From positions 3,744,001 to 3,808,000 of the forward strand of contig OY970303.1 of the NCBI GenBank assembly GCA_963716255.1: 64,000 bases of DNA. Direction: 5' to 3'. This DNA comes from an uncultured Gemmatimonadales bacterium. Its GTDB lineage: Bacteria; Gemmatimonadota; Gemmatimonadetes; Longimicrobiales; Longimicrobiaceae. The translations under genes were made by a program, and so were the position numbers. Below the pieces are notes generated by a model that made no database searches, was not told where the DNA came from, and saw only the letters and a list, made by a program, of their open reading frames with translations. Shown here piece by piece: positions 18,744-28,395 of the stretch. Every line of letters starts with the position of its first letter. The stretch's first letter is position 1.

Positions 18744-21689
18744 TCACTGCGTGGTGGTGCCGCCGCCGGTGGTGGGGGCGGCGGGCGGGGCGGTGGCGGA
18801 GCGCGCCTCGGGCGGGGTGAGCTGGTCGCGGCCCTTCTGGAGGAAGGGGATCCCCTCGCGCATCCACGCCGGGGCCGGGGCGCCCTTCAGGTGGTGATCG
18901 AAGAACTGCATGGTCCGGCGCGCGATGTCCAGCTGGTTGGCGCGCTTGGTGGGGTTGTGGCCGTCGCCGTTGTAGTTGAGCATGTACACCTCCTTGCCCA
19001 GCCGGCGCATCCCCACGAACATCTCGATCCCCTGGTACCACGGCACCGCGCCGTCGGCGTCGTTGGCCATGATGAGCAGCGGCGTGGTCACGCGGTCCAG
19101 CGCGAACAGCGGCGAGTTCTCGATGTAGCGCCAGGGCTCGTCCCACAGCGACCCGCCGATGCGGCTCTGCCCGCGCTCGTACTGGAAGGGGCGCGCCACC
19201 CCCGTCTCCCAGCGGATCCCGCCGTACGCGCTGGTCATGTTCGCCACCGGCGCGCCGGTCATGGCCGCGCGGAACATGGGGGTGCGGGTGATCATGTACG
19301 CGGCCTGGTAGCCGCCCCACGACTGCCCCTGGAGCGCCACCGCCGCCGGGTCCACGAAGCCGCGCCCGATCAGCGCCTGCACCCCCGGGACGATGGACTT
19401 CATGGCGCTCTCGCCCGGGTAGCCGGGCGTGTAGTGGATGTCCGGCATGAACACCAGGTACCCGTTGGACGCGTACAGCATGGGCTGGGTGGTGTTGCGC
19501 GGTACCCCGGACTGGTACTGGTGCAGGTTGTCCGACAGGCTCTCGTAGAAGTACACCACCATGGGGTACTTCTTCGACGGGTCGAAGTCCTCGGGCTTGT
19601 ACAGCAGCCCCTGCAGCTCCACCCCGTCGCTGCTCCGCCAGCTCACCAGCTCCACCGCGCCCCAGCGGTACTCGGCCTGCTGCGGGTTGGACTCGGAGAT
19701 GCGCGTGGCCCCCGCGAAGTCGGGGCCGCTCACCCACAGGTCCGGCGCCTCGCTCACGGTGGAGCGCGTGAACAGGAACACGTCCGCGTCCTCCGCGCGG
19801 CGCGGGGTGCCGTACTGCCGCGCCTCCATCACCAGCCGCCGCGGGGCCGCCGCCGCGCCCAGCCGGTCGGTCCAGTAGCCGCTGGCCTTGGTGCGGTCGT
19901 CCATGGCGCGCAGCAGCAGCGACGCGTCCGGGCCGATCGCCTCCTCGTCCTCGTCCAGGTCCACCACGCGGAACACCGTGTTGCCGCGGCGGCCCGCGGA
20001 GTCGGTCACCACGCGCGCGGGGCGGCGGCCGGCGGGGTCGATCTCCCACACGTCGTAGCGGTCGTACAGCAGCACGGAGCGGTCGCCCTCGGTCCACCCG
20101 GCCACCCCGTACGGAGAGGGCGGGTCCGGCGTGTCCCAGGTCTCCTGCTCGAAGCGCACCCCGGCGAGGCCGCCGGTGAGGTCGCGCATGCGCCCGCTCT
20201 CCACCTCGTACGCCTTCCAGTGGTTGTCCCGGTCGAAGTACAGCACGTAGCGGCCGTCGGTGGAGAGCGCGGGGGCGGAGTCCAGGCGCTTCGCCACCAG
20301 CCGGCGGGTGCCGCGGGCCACGTCGACCACGTAGGCGTCGTTGCCGCCCTCGCCCCACATGGCCTCCACCGCGTAGGGGAGGCTGGTGGAGGCCAGCGCC
20401 CAGCGGCCGTCCTCGGTGAAGCTCACGCGGGAGAGCGTGTCGCTCCCCACCACGTGGTGGCGGCCGGAGCGCACGTCGTACACGGCAGCGTAGGAGCGGT
20501 CGCGGTCGCGACCCGCCTCCAGGCGCTGCTGCGGCTGCAGGCGCGCGTCGCGGTAGTGCCACAGGTCGAACACGGCCTTGTCGGCCAGCGAGTCCGCGGG
20601 AATGGAGTCCAGCGCGGCGGCCGCCGCCCCGAAGAGCAGCGCGGCGCCGGTGCGGGTGAAGCGCACCGTCCCCTTGTCCGCCACCACCAGCCCGCCGCCC
20701 GCGTCCGGCCCCACCACGCGCCGGGCCCGCGGCTCGCGGAGCGCGGCGTGGTACAGCGCGTAGCGCGCCCCGTCTCTGCCATATTCTTCTTTGTCGGACA
20801 CAAAGGCGGCCTGCGTCCCCGCCCGGTCGAACACCAGCGACTTGTAGTTGCCCTCGCCGGCCAGCAGGGCGTGCGTGCGCCCGTCGGCGAGCGAGCGGAC
20901 GTAGGCGCCGTCCGCCCCGCCGTCCTTGCCGGAGACGGTGTAGCCCAGCCAGCGCCCCCCGCGGTCGAAGGTGTAGGCGGTGACGTCGCGGATGCGCTCC
21001 TCGGCCCCGCTGTGCAGGTCGCGCAGCACCAGCACGGAGCCGGTGTCCTTTTTCCTGCGGTCGGCGCGGGTGGAATCGGAGGACACGGGGCGCGGGGTGC
21101 CGCCGGGGGTGGCCGCGGCCATGGGCGCCCTCGCGGCGCTGTCGGCGGGGGCGGTCCGGGTGCTGTCGCCCCCCTCCAGCAGGTAGGCCACCCAGCGGCC
21201 GGAATCCTCGGGGAGGCGGAACGACTTGATCCCCGGCACCGTGGTCACCCGCCCGTCCGGGAGCGACATGACCCCCAGCGCCGTCCTGGGCATGTCGGCC
21301 GGCTTCTTCCGGGCGCGGCGCGCCGCCTCGTACTCGGCGCGCGAGGGCTCGATGGTGAACAGGGCGAAGCGCCCGTCGGCGGTGACCTGCGCGTCCGGGG
21401 CGTTGAAGCCGGGGCCCATGCGCCCGGCCTGGTTCTGCGGACGTCCCACGTAGCCGCGGGTGTGGCGGAACTCGGGCCCGGAGGGGACGCGTCGGACCAC
21501 GACCTCGCCGTCGCCCACCTGGGGGACCAGCGAGTACACGGCCCACGTCCCGTCGCGCGAGAGCGCCGCGCCGTCCACGGAGCGCCAGCGGTCGAACGAT
21601 TCGGGGGCCAGGGGCTTCTTGGGCTGCTGCGCGCCCAGCGGCACGGCGCAGAGCAGCCCGGCGACCAGGAGGAGTCGGGGCGTTTGCAT
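18744..21689 (-). CDS. S9-family (prolyl oligopeptidase/DPP-like) secreted peptidase
   Basis: Signal peptide; GQSWGG nucleophile; DGAVPW (Asp); GDGH (His). Confidence 0.92.
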   Translation of the reverse strand: MQTPRLLLVAGLLCAVPLGAQQPKKPLAPESFDRWRSVDGAALSRDGTWAVYSLVPQVGDGEVVVRRVPSGPEFRHTRGYVGRPQNQAGRMGPGFNAPDAQVTADGRFALFTIEPSRAEYEAARRARKKPADMPRTALGVMSLPDGRVTTVPGIKSFRLPEDSGRWVAYLLEGGDSTRTAPADSAARAPMAAATPGGTPRPVSSDSTRADRRKKDTGSVLVLRDLHSGAEERIRDVTAYTFDRGGRWLGYTVSGKDGGADGAYVRSLADGRTHALLAGEGNYKSLVFDRAGTQAAFVSDKEEYGRDGARYALYHAALREPRARRVVGPDAGGGLVVADKGTVRFTRTGAALLFGAAAAALDSIPADSLADKAVFDLWHYRDARLQPQQRLEAGRDRDRSYAAVYDVRSGRHHVVGSDTLSRVSFTEDGRWALASTSLPYAVEAMWGEGGNDAYVVDVARGTRRLVAKRLDSAPALSTDGRYVLYFDRDNHWKAYEVESGRMRDLTGGLAGVRFEQETWDTPDPPSPYGVAGWTEGDRSVLLYDRYDVWEIDPAGRRPARVVTDSAGRRGNTVFRVVDLDEDEEAIGPDASLLLRAMDDRTKASGYWTDRLGAAAAPRRLVMEARQYGTPRRAEDADVFLFTRSTVSEAPDLWVSGPDFAGATRISESNPQQAEYRWGAVELVSWRSSDGVELQGLLYKPEDFDPSKKYPMVVYFYESLSDNLHQYQSGVPRNTTQPMLYASNGYLVFMPDIHYTPGYPGESAMKSIVPGVQALIGRGFVDPAAVALQGQSWGGYQAAYMITRTPMFRAAMTGAPVANMTSAYGGIRWETGVARPFQYERGQSRIGGSLWDEPWRYIENSPLFALDRVTTPLLIMANDADGAVPWYQGIEMFVGMRRLGKEVYMLNYNGDGHNPTKRANQLDIARRTMQFFDHHLKGAPAPAWMREGIPFLQKGRDQLTPPEARSATAPPAAPTTGGGTTTQ

Positions 21690-21897
21690 GGCGGAGCGGG
21701 TGGAGTGGTCGAGGCCGGACGGGAAGATACGCTAACCCTAGCCCCCGCAGCGCGGAGCGGCAAGGCCGGCGGGGACGCGCCGCCGTCTTTGCCGGGGACG
21801 GATGTTCCCCGGCGCGCCCGCGCCCGCCGCGCGGGTCCGCGACGTGCAGGCGCTCCCCCGCGTGCGCGACCACCCTTCACCTTCCGCCGGAGGCCCC

Positions 21898-22407
21898 ATG
21901 CAGCTTCTCGTCATCCGCCACGCCATCGCCGAGGACCGGGAGGAGTTCGCCGTCACCGGGCTGGACGACGACCTGCGTCCGCTCACCCGCGAGGGACGCC
22001 GCCGCATGCGCCGCGCGGCCCGCGGGCTGAGCGGCCTGGTGCCGGCGCTGGGGCTGCTCGCCGCCAGCCCCCTGGCCCGCGCCGCGCAGACCGCGGAGCT
22101 CCTGGCCGGCGAGTACGGCTTCAAGGAGTGGGAGACGTGGCCCGAGCTGTCCCCGGGCGTGCACCCGTCCATGCTGGTGGACCGGCTCCGCTCGCTGCGC
22201 GTGGAGGGCGGCCCCGTGGCGGTGGTGGGCCACGAGCCCGACCTGGGCGAGGCGGTGGGCTGGCTGCTCACCGGCCGCACCGGCTCCTTCGTGGAGATCA
22301 AGAAGGGGGCGGCGTGCCTGCTGGAGTTCGAGGGTCCGCCGGACCCGGAGCGCGCGCGCCTGCTGTGGCTGCTGGCCCCCGGCCACCTCCGGCGCCTGGA
22401 GAAGTGA
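21898..22407 (+). CDS. sixA: SixA-like phosphohistidine phosphatase
   Basis: LLVIRHAIAE, RPLT, SPLARAAQTA, VVGHEP. Confidence 0.82.
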   Translation: MQLLVIRHAIAEDREEFAVTGLDDDLRPLTREGRRRMRRAARGLSGLVPALGLLAASPLARAAQTAELLAGEYGFKEWETWPELSPGVHPSMLVDRLRSLRVEGGPVAVVGHEPDLGEAVGWLLTGRTGSFVEIKKGAACLLEFEGPPDPERARLLWLLAPGHLRRLEK

Positions 22408-22408
22408 G

Positions 22409-23788
22409 GTGGAAGCTTCCGCCGCGCTCCTGGACCTGGATGCGGGCCGCGCGGCGCGGGTGCTGGCGCTGCGCTTCCTGCGCGAGGCCGCGGCGGCCCG
22501 CGAGCGCTTCCGCGACCCCGCGGACGCGGAGGCGCTGCACGACTTCCGCGTGGCGCTGCGGCGGCTGCGCACCACGCTGAAGCATTACGGGCCGCAGCTG
22601 GAGCACGGCGTCAAGCGCGGGGACCGCCGCCGCGTCCGTGGCCTGGCCCGCGCCACCGGCGCCGCCCGCGACGCGGAGGTGCTGACGGAGCTGGTGGAGC
22701 GGTGGCGGGACGCCGTCCCCGCCGCCGGCGCGGCGGGGACGGAGTGGATGCTGGCGCGGCTGGCCGATCGGTGCTCGGCCGCCGCGCGCGAGCTGCGCCG
22801 CGAGGTGGCGGCGGACTTCGCAAGGACGTCGCGGCGGCTGGAGGCGCGCCTGGGCGAGCACCGCGCCCGGGTGGACCCGGACGATCCCCGGGGCGGGCCG
22901 CGCTGCGCCGGCGTAGTGGCCGCCCGCCTGGCCGTGGGCGCGGAGGAGCTGCGCGCGCGCCTGGACCGGGTTCGCAGCGTGGCCGACCAGGAGGAGGCGC
23001 ACGAGTCGCGCATCTCCGCCAAGGGCCTGCGCTACCTGCTGGAGCCGTTCGTGGGGGAGGTGGAGGGGCTCCCGGCGCTGGTCCGCGGCCTCCGGGACCT
23101 GCAGGACCTGCTGGGCGACATGCACGACGCGGAGGTGGCGTGGGGCGAGGTGGCCGCGGCACTGGAGGCGCTGGGCGCCTCCAGACCGGAGCCCGACCCT
23201 CGCCCCGGCCTGGCCGCGCTGGCGGAGCGCGCCGCGGCGGAGCGCGGGCGCCGCTTCGCGGAGCTGGAGGGGACGTGGCTGGGCGGGCGCGCGGCGGACT
23301 TCTTCGCGCGGCTGCGCGCCCTGGGCCGCCGGCTGGAGGGGGTGGAGCCCCCGCCGCCGCGCCGCTGGCTGCTGCGCCGCGTGCCCCGGCTGGACGGCGT
23401 GGAGCCGGAGTGGATCGAGCAGGGGTGGCTCCCCGGAGACCGGCTGTCGGAGACCGTGCGCCGCGTCCGCGCCGGCGGGGAGGAGCGCTGGATCCGCACG
23501 GTGGCCACCGGCGCCACGGTCCTGGCCGAGGAGGAAACGCCGCCGAAGGTGGCGCGCGCCCTCTGGGCGCTCACCCGCGGCCGGCGCCTGCGCAAGCGCC
23601 GCTACCGGGTCCAGGCGGGCGGCGCCGCGTGGACCATCGACCGCTTCGGGGGGCGGGGCCCGGTGGTCGCGGAGGCGGTCTTCGCCGACCCCGGCCGGCC
23701 ACAGGGGCTGCCGGGGTGGATGGCGCCCCACGTGGTCCGCGAGGTGACGGGCGAGGTGGCGCTGAGCGACGAGGGGCTGGCGGGGTAG
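22409..23788 (+). CDS. CHAD domain protein with C-terminal CYTH-like domain
   Basis: EALHDFRVALRRLR, HESRISAKGLRY, LQDLLGDMHD; C-terminal IEQGWL, LRKRRYRV, REVTG. Confidence 0.85.
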   Translation: MEASAALLDLDAGRAARVLALRFLREAAAARERFRDPADAEALHDFRVALRRLRTTLKHYGPQLEHGVKRGDRRRVRGLARATGAARDAEVLTELVERWRDAVPAAGAAGTEWMLARLADRCSAAARELRREVAADFARTSRRLEARLGEHRARVDPDDPRGGPRCAGVVAARLAVGAEELRARLDRVRSVADQEEAHESRISAKGLRYLLEPFVGEVEGLPALVRGLRDLQDLLGDMHDAEVAWGEVAAALEALGASRPEPDPRPGLAALAERAAAERGRRFAELEGTWLGGRAADFFARLRALGRRLEGVEPPPPRRWLLRRVPRLDGVEPEWIEQGWLPGDRLSETVRRVRAGGEERWIRTVATGATVLAEEETPPKVARALWALTRGRRLRKRRYRVQAGGAAWTIDRFGGRGPVVAEAVFADPGRPQGLPGWMAPHVVREVTGEVALSDEGLAG

Positions 23789-23807
23789 GATGGAGCTCGG
23801 CGGCGGC

Positions 23808-23900
23808 CCCCATCCCCCCGGCCCCCTTCCCCCGCAAGCGAGGGAAGGGGGAGCACGGCGACGCCCTCCCCCAACCCCTCCCCGCAAGGGGGAGGGGAGC
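23808..23900. repeat. Family B-like CCCC/GGGG hairpin cluster
   Basis: CCCCCTTCCCCCGCAAGCGAGGGAAGGGGG and CCCCTCCCCGCAAGGGGGAGGGG. Confidence 0.55.
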
Positions 23901-23923
23901 GCGTAGCGCAGGGGTGGAAGCCC

Positions 23924-24082
23924 CCGCGGACGCCAGCTCGAACCCCGCGTGAGGGATTTCGGCCCGGAGGGGCGAGACCGCGCGGCTGTTTGCGCGGGCT
24001 CGACTCCGTTGAGCAGCGTTGTTTGCTGCTCTACGGAGCCGAAGCCCGACCCCGGCGCCCGCCGGGGGCACGCCCAAACCCG
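23924..24082 (-). repeat. Family A repeat, copy 7
   Basis: Central stem GAGCAGC/GCTGCTC. Confidence 0.95.
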
Positions 24083-24092
24083 CCGTCAGCAG

Positions 24093-25655
24093 TTATGGAA
24101 GCCGCCCCAGCAGCGCGGCGATCCGCCCCTGGAGCCCGTCGGTGTCGGCCCCGGAGGCGGCGGCGCGCCGGGCAAGGGTGCGCGCCCGCGCCGGGTCGGA
24201 GGCGGCGAGCCAGTCGGCCGCCAGGTAGGCGCTCCACCCCTCCATCCACTCCGGGATGGGCTCCCGCAGCGCCAGCACCCGCTCGAAGAGTGCCACCGCC
24301 TGCCCGCCCTCCGCCCCGCCGACGCGCAGCCCCGGCCGCACCCGCCCGTACGACAGCCCCAGGTTGAACAGGGTGTTGGGGTCGTCCGGGAACGCGGCGA
24401 GGATGCGGCGCCCGGCCTCCTGCCCGGCCGCGCGGACCACGGGGTCGCCGCTCTCCCCCAGCACGCGGAGCAGGTCGTCGTCGGAAAGGGTCCGCGGCGC
24501 GGCGGGGCAGCACTCCACCGCCGCGCGCAGGAGGGAGTCGCCCCGGGCGGCCTCGCCCCGCCAGCGCGCCGTCAGCCCCCGCCCGATCAGCTCCGTCCCC
24601 CGCAGCTCCTCTCCGCCCGCGTCCCCCGGGGCGGCCACCAGGCGCAGGAAGGCGTTGGCGATGGGGGCCACGAGCACGCTGGAAGCCCCCAGCTGCGGGG
24701 CGGCGAGGGCGTCGCTGTTGGCGAGCACCGCCAGGACGAGGCCGCGCTCCGGTACCCGCAGGAGCAGGGCGGAGTAGGCGGCCGGCCACCAGCCGGGGTG
24801 CCACTGCACGCGCATCCCCGCCGCGCGCTGCGAGTACCACCCCAGCCCGTACGGGAGGGTGTCGCCGCGCGTGGAAACGACCGGGCCGAGCATGCGCTCC
24901 CGCGCCGCGGCGTCCACCAGCCGCCCGTCGTCAAGCGCGGCGGCGTAGCGCACCAGGTCCAGCACGGTGGAGTTCAGGCCGGACGAGGAGTGCAGCCCGT
25001 TGGGCGGGTACCGGGAGCGCACCGGGCGCCCCGCCGCGTCGGGTGCGTAGGGGCGGGCGAAGCCGGGCTCCGCCTCGGCCGCCGCCGGGTCCTCGCTGCC
25101 GGGGTAGGTCCGCTCCAGCCCGGCCGGCCGCAGGACGCGGTGCTCCAGCAGCGCCGGGAAGCGCTCGCCGGTGGCGTGCTCCACCACGTCGTCCAGCCAG
25201 TTGAAGCGGCTGCTGTAGGCGAAGCGCGTCCCGGGCGTCCCCTCGGAGGTGTGGGACAGGACGTGGCGGATGCGCACGTCCGGGGGCACCTGCCAGTCCT
25301 CGTGGCCGGCGACCGCGTCTTCCAGCTCCAGCCGTCCCTCCGCCGCGAGCTGCACCATCAGCGTCGCGGTGAAGGTCTTGGTCACGGAGCCGATGGGGTA
25401 CACCGTCTCCGGCGTGGCCGCGGTGCCCCGCTCCACGTCGCTCATCCCGAACCCGCGCGCCAGCACCACCTGCCCGTCCCTCGCCACGGCCACGGAAAGC
25501 CCGGGGATGCGCAGCTCCGCACGCAGCGAGTCCACCGTCGCGGCGAAGGCGTCCAGACCCGCCTCCGGGGCGGGTGCGGGAGCCGGCCCCCGGGGAGCCG
25601 CGGCGCAGGCGGCGGCGAGGAGGGAAAGGCAGGCGGAGGGGAGGATGGCGTTCAC
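24093..25655 (-). CDS. Beta-lactamase-family serine hydrolase, lipoprotein, with helical/TPR-like C-terminus
   Basis: LAAAC lipobox; GSVTKTF (SxxK); LSHTS; YGLGW; GTG start assumed. Confidence 0.85.
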   Translation of the reverse strand: MNAILPSACLSLLAAACAAAPRGPAPAPAPEAGLDAFAATVDSLRAELRIPGLSVAVARDGQVVLARGFGMSDVERGTAATPETVYPIGSVTKTFTATLMVQLAAEGRLELEDAVAGHEDWQVPPDVRIRHVLSHTSEGTPGTRFAYSSRFNWLDDVVEHATGERFPALLEHRVLRPAGLERTYPGSEDPAAAEAEPGFARPYAPDAAGRPVRSRYPPNGLHSSSGLNSTVLDLVRYAAALDDGRLVDAAARERMLGPVVSTRGDTLPYGLGWYSQRAAGMRVQWHPGWWPAAYSALLLRVPERGLVLAVLANSDALAAPQLGASSVLVAPIANAFLRLVAAPGDAGGEELRGTELIGRGLTARWRGEAARGDSLLRAAVECCPAAPRTLSDDDLLRVLGESGDPVVRAAGQEAGRRILAAFPDDPNTLFNLGLSYGRVRPGLRVGGAEGGQAVALFERVLALREPIPEWMEGWSAYLAADWLAASDPARARTLARRAAASGADTDGLQGRIAALLGRLP

Positions 25656-25805
25656 GGGGCTCCGGGTCGCGGGTGGTTCGGCGTGCTCCTTCCTTCCTAC
25701 GGCTCCCTCCCCGCCGGAGTTGCGGGGGGCGGCAGGGCCGCGGCACGTGGCGTGCGCTCCCGCGCCCGGCGTACCCCGACCCCCGTTCCGCGGACGCTCC
25801 CCCCC

Positions 25806-26447
25806 ATGCCCGAAAAGAACCACGACCTGCACGGGAACGCCCCGGACCGCTCGCCCGCGGCGCTGGTGATCATCGACATGATCAACGAGATGGACTTTCC
25901 CGGCGCCGAGGAGATGATGCCCCGCGCCGTCGCCGCGGCGGAGCGCATCGCGGAGCTGAAGCGGCGGGCGCGCGCGGCGGGGATCCCGGTGGTCTACGCC
26001 AACGACAACTTCGGGCGCTGGCGCTCGGACTTCCGCGAGGCGGTGGCGCACGTGCTGGGCGGCGGGGTGCGCGGCGAGCCCATGGCGCGGCTGCTCCCGC
26101 CGGACGAGGACGACTACTTCGTCCTCAAGCCCAAGCACTCGGCGTTCTTCGCCACCACGCTGGAAACGCTGCTTGAATACCTGGGCACGTCGCGCCTGGT
26201 CCTCACCGGCGTCAGCGGCGACGTGTGCGTGCTCCTCACCGCCAGCGACGCCTACATGCGCGACTTCCACCTGTGGGTCCCCGAGGACTGCATGGCGTCC
26301 GTGAGCGCGGAGGAGAACCGCCGCGCGCTGGACTACATGCGCCGCGTCTTCGGGGCGGACACCACGCCCTCCGCGGCATTGGAGCTGGAGGCGCTGGCCC
26401 GCGAGGACCGCAGGAAGGAGGACCGGGCCGGGGACGACCGGGGCTGA
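25806..26447 (+). CDS. Isochorismatase-family cysteine hydrolase
   Basis: LVIIDMIN, KPKHSAFFAT, GVSGDVCV. Confidence 0.9.
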   Translation: MPEKNHDLHGNAPDRSPAALVIIDMINEMDFPGAEEMMPRAVAAAERIAELKRRARAAGIPVVYANDNFGRWRSDFREAVAHVLGGGVRGEPMARLLPPDEDDYFVLKPKHSAFFATTLETLLEYLGTSRLVLTGVSGDVCVLLTASDAYMRDFHLWVPEDCMASVSAEENRRALDYMRRVFGADTTPSAALELEALAREDRRKEDRAGDDRG

Positions 26448-26452
26448 CGCGG

Positions 26453-27247
26453 TCACCCCGGGCGCGCCGCCGCCACGGGCGCGCCCCGCGCGGACGCGTC
26501 CAGCGGCAGCACCAGGACGAAGCGCGCCCCGCCCCCCGGCGCGTCCTCCACCCAGGCGCGCCCCCCGTGCGCCGCCGCCACACGCCGCACCGTCGCCAGC
26601 CCCAGCCCCATCCCGCCGGTGCTGTCGCCCCGCGCGAACGGCTCCCAGACGCGGCCGCGGTCCCGCGCCGCCACCCCGGGCCCCTGGTCCTCCACCGCCA
26701 CCACGGCGCGCCCGTCCCCGGCCGCGAGCGTCAGCGTCACCGTCTGCCCCGGGGCGCCGTGGCGCACCGCGTTGTCCAGCAGGTTGGCGACCGCGCGGCG
26801 CAGCGCCGGCGCGTCCACGCACGCCACCACCCCGGGCGGCGGGTCCGCGTGGATCCACGAGCCGCGCGCCGCCGCCAGCGGCGCGCAGTCCGCCGCCACG
26901 TCCTCCAGCAGCATCCCCAGGTCCGCCGGGGCGCGCACCGGGGACACCGCCCCGCCCCCGTGGGCGAAGTCCAGCAGGTTGGCGAGCATGGCGTCCAGCC
27001 GCAGCGCCTCGCGCCCCACCGTCTCCGCCCAGCGCTCCCGCTCCTCCGCCGTGCCGCCCGGGTGCACCACCAGCATCTCCGCGAACATCCTCACCTGGGC
27101 CAGCGGCGTGCGCAGCTCGTGCGACACCCCCTGCGCGAACTCGCGGCGCAGGCGGCCGGCCCGGCGCTCCGCCAGCCACCACACCGCCCCCGCAGCGGCG
27201 GCCACGGCGGCCGCCAGCGCCGCCGCGCCCGGCAGCAGGCCGGTCAA
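26453..27247 (-). CDS. Minimal histidine kinase (one TM, HisKA, HATPase)
   Basis: VSHELRTPL, NLLDNAVRH, DQGPG, GLGL; TTG start overlapping the upstream TGA assumed. Confidence 0.8.
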   Translation of the reverse strand: MTGLLPGAAALAAAVAAAAGAVWWLAERRAGRLRREFAQGVSHELRTPLAQVRMFAEMLVVHPGGTAEERERWAETVGREALRLDAMLANLLDFAHGGGAVSPVRAPADLGMLLEDVAADCAPLAAARGSWIHADPPPGVVACVDAPALRRAVANLLDNAVRHGAPGQTVTLTLAAGDGRAVVAVEDQGPGVAARDRGRVWEPFARGDSTGGMGLGLATVRRVAAAHGGRAWVEDAPGGGARFVLVLPLDASARGAPVAAARPG

Positions 27248-27855
27248 GCCGGCTGCCCGAAGAGCACCGCCCCCACGGCGGCGCGCGAGCCGATCCCCAG
27301 CTTGGCGAGCACCTGCTCGGTGTGGTTGCGCGCCGTGTAGTAGCTCACCGAGAGCCGCCTGGCGATCTCCACGTTGCTGCACCCCTCGCCCAGCAGGCGC
27401 GCCACCGCCACCTGCCGCGCCGTCAGCCCGAAGCGGTCGCGCAGCTCCTCGTCGCTGAGCGCCGCGGGCCTCTCCGCCGGGGCCGCCGCCTGTCCCGCGC
27501 GCCGCAGCAGCACCCCGATGCGCGCCAGCAATTCCAGCACGCTGAACGGCTTGGTGACGTAGTCGTCCGCGCCCAGGCGGAAGCCCTGGAGCTTGTCGCC
27601 CTCCAGGTTGCGCGCCGACAGGATGAGCACCGGGCAGGCGGCGCCGCGCGCGCGCAGCTCCTGGAGCACGTGGTAGCCGTCGCGGTCGGGGAGCCCCAGG
27701 TCCAGCACCACCAGGTCTGGGGCGGCGCTGCTCGCCAGGGCCAGCGCCTGCGAGGCGCGCGTCGCCAGCGTCACCGCGTAGCCGTCCAGCTCCAGGTTGC
27801 GCTGAAGGCCCTCGGCGATGTCGGGGCTGTCTTCCACGAGCAGGATGCTTTGCAT
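27244..27855 (-). CDS. Response regulator, receiver plus LuxR-type HTH
   Basis: LLVEDS, LDLGLPD, GADDYVTKPF; C-terminal LTARQVAVARLLGEGCSNVEIARRL. Confidence 0.9.
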   Translation of the reverse strand: MQSILLVEDSPDIAEGLQRNLELDGYAVTLATRASQALALASSAAPDLVVLDLGLPDRDGYHVLQELRARGAACPVLILSARNLEGDKLQGFRLGADDYVTKPFSVLELLARIGVLLRRAGQAAAPAERPAALSDEELRDRFGLTARQVAVARLLGEGCSNVEIARRLSVSYYTARNHTEQVLAKLGIGSRAAVGAVLFGQPA

Positions 27856-27958
27856 GGCGAGCTTTGTATTTTTCGGGGCTTCGCGGGCAGTCGTGGGGGC
27901 AATCTATGGCGGAGCCGCGCGGGTTCATGGGTCGGGTGACCCATTCGTTTTCTACAGC

Positions 27959-28112
27959 GGATCCGGGCGTGCCCCCGGCTGGCGCCGGGGTCGGGCTTCG
28001 GCTCCGTAGCAAACGATACTACCGTTTGCAACGGAGTCGAGCCCCGGCAAACTGCCGCCGGGTCTCGCCCCTCCGGGCCGAAATCCCTCACGCGGGTCAT
28101 CGTGCTGGCGTC
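27959..28112 (+). repeat. Family A repeat, copy 8
   Basis: Central stem GCAAACG/CGTTTGC, loop ATACTAC. Confidence 0.95.
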
Positions 28113-28117
28113 GGCTG

Positions 28118-28175
28118 GGGCCCCCACCCGGCTCGCTTGAGGCTCGCCACCCTCCCCCAATTCTGGGGGAGGGCT
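28118..28175 (+). repeat. Family B repeat
   Basis: CCCCACCCGGCTCGCTTGAGGCTCGCCACCCTCCCCCAATTCTGGGGGAGGG. Confidence 0.7.
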
Positions 28176-28395
28176 GGCCGAAGGTCGGGCTGTTTGCCGT
28201 TGCGATCTGCGCCGGGAGGTCGGGGGAGGGTCGGCAGGCGGTGCGTTTGTTCGAAGCCAGCGTGATCCTGCGGACCTGCTCCACCGGCGGGCGAGTGCTC
28301 TGCGAGTCCCTTCGGGTGTCGCACTGCCGGAGGAGCCTCCCCCGGCCGACCCCAAACACCGGTGCCCGCCGGAGCGGCGAGCCGTTGCAGTTCCG

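Noticed and set aside
21898..23788. SixA plus CHAD-CYTH as a novel system
   Set aside because: A known polyphosphate-associated gene neighbourhood.
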